IMG/VR virus record: IMGVR_UViG_3300043384_000010
Coordinates: 1-64,000 of that record
DNA: 64,000 nt
Origin: a virus
Lineage: Duplodnaviria; Caudoviricetes
Strand: one strand, 5' to 3'
How positions within the stretch are numbered: the stretch's first letter is position 1; each line of letters opens with the position of its first letter. Below the pieces are notes generated by a model. That model ran no database searches, was not told the DNA's origin, and saw only the letters and a program-made list of their open reading frames with translations. The position numbers and the translations under genes were made by a program. Below, in pieces: positions 61,330 to 64,000 of this stretch.

Positions 61330-61641
61330 CCAGGAAGGACCCAATCAGGAAGGAACTATCAACTCCGCCATGGCCGAATCCAGTGTCACCGCCGACCGAC
61401 TCGCCACCCACACCAAGCCCGTCCGGGCCATCCTCGACCGCTTCGAGGCTCGACTGTTCGAGGAACTCGCCAACTACGCCTCCCGTCACAGCCTGACCGA
61501 CCAGGACATCGAACTCCTCCTCGACGGCGACCTTCACGAGACGGACATGGCCGAGAAGTACGGCAACTGGGCCGAGGAGGGCTGACCCGCCATGCCCTAC
61601 ACCAGCCACGGTCACCCGTACGGGGAGACCAGCCCAGACAA

Positions 61642-62283
61642 TTGGAGGTAACCGTGCCTGACCGCGGCTGTGACGGTGAGCGGGATGCCCTGGTCACGCG
61701 GCTAGCCCTCCTGCTCGGCGACCAACTGGTGGATGCCGGGGCAACAGTGGCGACCGGGTACGTGCTGAATCTACAGCGGGCAGCCGGGTCCCTCCTCAAC
61801 CTCCTGGAAGCCTCAGGGTGGGGTGACATCAAAGCAGCCACGGAGGCCCTGGACTTCCGGGTCGAACTGCAGGCCGACGCCCTTCACCGACTCGGCCACG
61901 ACCGGGACGGGGAGATCATGCCGCTGGCCCGGCACCGGGCTGTCGTGGCGCAACTCCAGGCATTGCGCGCACGCGATGAGGTCGAAGCTGGGCGGATCCG
62001 GCAGGCGTACGACGTCCTCTCCCATGAGGTGGAGCAGACCCTAGGGAAGGCACTCCACTACCCCGCCTACGGGCCGGACTGGTTCGATGACGGTCAGCCG
62101 GACGGGTCTGTGTGCGTCGGCGACCACGTCCCGGAGTCCTTGGCCTGCGAGGCTGCGGAGACGATCGAGCGGCTGCGTGGTCTGCTCTCCCAAGCCTGCG
62201 ACGAGATCGACGACCAGCGGGATACACCGTCAGAGGTCGCCGCCGCACTCCGCCAGCAAGGCGGCATCGCCACCCATGGCTGA
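61642..62283 (+). CDS. Hypothetical coiled-coil protein
   Basis: 213-aa ORF in a co-oriented run. Confidence 0.55.
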   Translation: MEVTVPDRGCDGERDALVTRLALLLGDQLVDAGATVATGYVLNLQRAAGSLLNLLEASGWGDIKAATEALDFRVELQADALHRLGHDRDGEIMPLARHRAVVAQLQALRARDEVEAGRIRQAYDVLSHEVEQTLGKALHYPAYGPDWFDDGQPDGSVCVGDHVPESLACEAAETIERLRGLLSQACDEIDDQRDTPSEVAAALRQQGGIATHG

Positions 62284-62615
62284 TAACTCAGGATCCGACG
62301 CGGGCTATGGGGGTAAGTTGAGTCAGTTGATCTCTCGGTTCGCGTGCAACGAGATCGACCAGGAGGAGTTCCTCACCGGCGTTGAGGGCATCGGGGATCC
62401 GCCGCCAGAGTCACCGATGCCCAGGCTTGCGGAGACTCCCACGTCTACGCATGGGATCTCCCGCCCGCAAGATCTCCGAGATCGGGGTGCGTTGGTCGCA
62501 GCCCGGATCCGGCATCTGTGAACCTCACCCGAATAACACCTGTGGTTACCTAGCGCCGATCGTTCCACAACGACAGACGCTAGACTTCCCGGGATGTTAC
62601 GGGAGGTCAACGCGC

Positions 62616-63998
62616 ATGTTAGGTCAAGGACGCGCCAGACGGGCGATCATCTACGCCCGTCAGTCCATCTACCGGGAAGAGTCTGCCAGCCTCGAAACAC
62701 AGGTGGAGCACTGCCGGCAAGCGTGCGCTAGGTCAGGGTATGTGGTCGTCGGTGACCCGGTAGTCGACGCCGACCTGTCCGGGAGGTCGTTCAAGCGGCG
62801 GTCAATCGGCCCGATCATCGACCGGGTCCGTGAGGGCGCCGCCGATCTGGTGGTCGTGTGGAAGTGGTCCCGGTGGGGTCGGAACACGAGGGAGTCCCTC
62901 AACTGGCTGGCCGAACTGGAGGAGGCCGGGGGGCGGCTCGAAGCCGCAACGGAGGCACTCGACTCGACGACCCCCGTCGGCAAATTCAGCGTGACCCAAA
63001 TGCTGGCTGTCGCGCAACTCCTGTCCGACCAGATCGGTGACTCGTGGCGTGACGCCAGGCTCGGGATGGTCGTACGGCGGGCGCTCCCGCCAACCGGCGG
63101 CCAGCGACTGGGCTACGTCTATGACCCTGCCACGAAGCTGTACGCCCCCCACCCGGTCGCCGGGCCAGCCATAGCTGACGCATACGACCGGTACGTCCAC
63201 GGCGCGTCCGCGTGGGCGATCACCCTGCACCTGCGCGGGCGAGGCGTCACCACCACCCGGGGTGGGGTGATCACCGAACCGAGCGTGCGAGTCGCCCTCG
63301 ACTCGGGGTTCGCTGCCGGAATGATCCGCCTCAACAATCCGGGCCGGATCTTCACCCCGGAGCAACTCGACAGCCTCGGGGTGGACGGGGACGGCCCAGT
63401 CTGGATCCCCAACCATCTCCCAGACGGGGGCCGGTCATGGGAACCTCTCATCGGCCAGGACGTGTGGGAGCAGTACCGGACCAAGCACACCGAGCGGAAA
63501 GTCCTACCGCCGAGGACCCGGAACCCGCGGCAGGCCCTCGCTGGGCTCCTGCGGTGCGCTGGATGCAACCGGCCGATGGCCTACCGTCCGGACCGAGGCA
63601 GGTGGCGGTGCCCGCACGAGCCCGTGAAGAGCCAGGGGGAGTCATGCCCGGTGCGGGTGACGATCTCCGGTGCAGATGCCACCGATGCGGTGCGGGCGTG
63701 GCTGGCCGCCAGACATGACCAGTCACGGGACCTGTCCGGGGAGGTGGCGCGGCGGATGAAGGGGGTCTCGGCGGTCGGGGACGTCGCTGCGATCGAGCGC
63801 GCCTTGGCCGACCAGGGGCGGCAGAAGGACCGGCTCGTCGCCGCAGTCCGGGACGGGCTCCTCGATGCGGACGACATCCGGGCGCAACGCGCCGCTATCG
63901 GGGATGCGGTGGAGAGGCTCACCGCGGACCTTGCGGCGGCCCGACGCAGGTCGGTGACGGCTGCTGTCGTGCCACGGGAGGTGTACGGGCTGCTCCTG
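62616..63998 (+). CDS. Large serine recombinase (integrase), 3' partial; absent from the ORF track
   Basis: Manual translation: AIIYARQS...DADLSG...VWKWSRWGRN, recombinase domain, CAGC Zn ribbon, coiled coil; GGAGG RBS. Confidence 0.95.
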   Translation, partial: MLGQGRARRAIIYARQSIYREESASLETQVEHCRQACARSGYVVVGDPVVDADLSGRSFKRRSIGPIIDRVREGAADLVVVWKWSRWGRNTRESLNWLAELEEAGGRLEAATEALDSTTPVGKFSVTQMLAVAQLLSDQIGDSWRDARLGMVVRRALPPTGGQRLGYVYDPATKLYAPHPVAGPAIADAYDRYVHGASAWAITLHLRGRGVTTTRGGVITEPSVRVALDSGFAAGMIRLNNPGRIFTPEQLDSLGVDGDGPVWIPNHLPDGGRSWEPLIGQDVWEQYRTKHTERKVLPPRTRNPRQALAGLLRCAGCNRPMAYRPDRGRWRCPHEPVKSQGESCPVRVTISGADATDAVRAWLAARHDQSRDLSGEVARRMKGVSAVGDVAAIERALADQGRQKDRLVAAVRDGLLDADDIRAQRAAIGDAVERLTADLAAARRRSVTAAVVPREVYGLLL

Positions 63999-64000
63999 GA

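Overview
High-GC actinobacterial temperate siphovirus-type phage or prophage, truncated at both ends. Left, minus strand: terminases, portal, scaffold, P22-coat-like capsid, head-tail genes and fibre-like genes. No major tail or tape measure gene lies in the window. Middle, minus strand: a five-gene glycosyl/methyltransferase cluster, DUF5131, two paralogous 8-aa-repeat solenoid genes, and many small autoregulated, often leaderless operons. At 32.6-40.3 kb an oppositely oriented module resembles the transfer region of actinomycete integrative conjugative elements (AICEs): GntR (Kor-like), xis-like HTH, HTH-WhiB, membrane proteins, TraB/FtsK translocase and DUF2637. It contains two opposed arrays of RGACAGGT (12 + 15 copies) around a G-quadruplex/hairpin centre. 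Right: C5 methyltransferase, DnaB, initiator with iterons, DnaN, RuvC-like, BldD-like HTH, Gam, Sak4-like ATPase, immunity repressor, and a serine integrase running off the end. There are two intact and two remnant IS200/IS605-type (TnpB) elements. Top leads: the phage-borne TraB module with clt-like arrays, the BldD DNA-binding-domain homolog, and a glycosyltransferase fused to a head-module protein. All family assignments come from motif recognition by eye; no searches were run.
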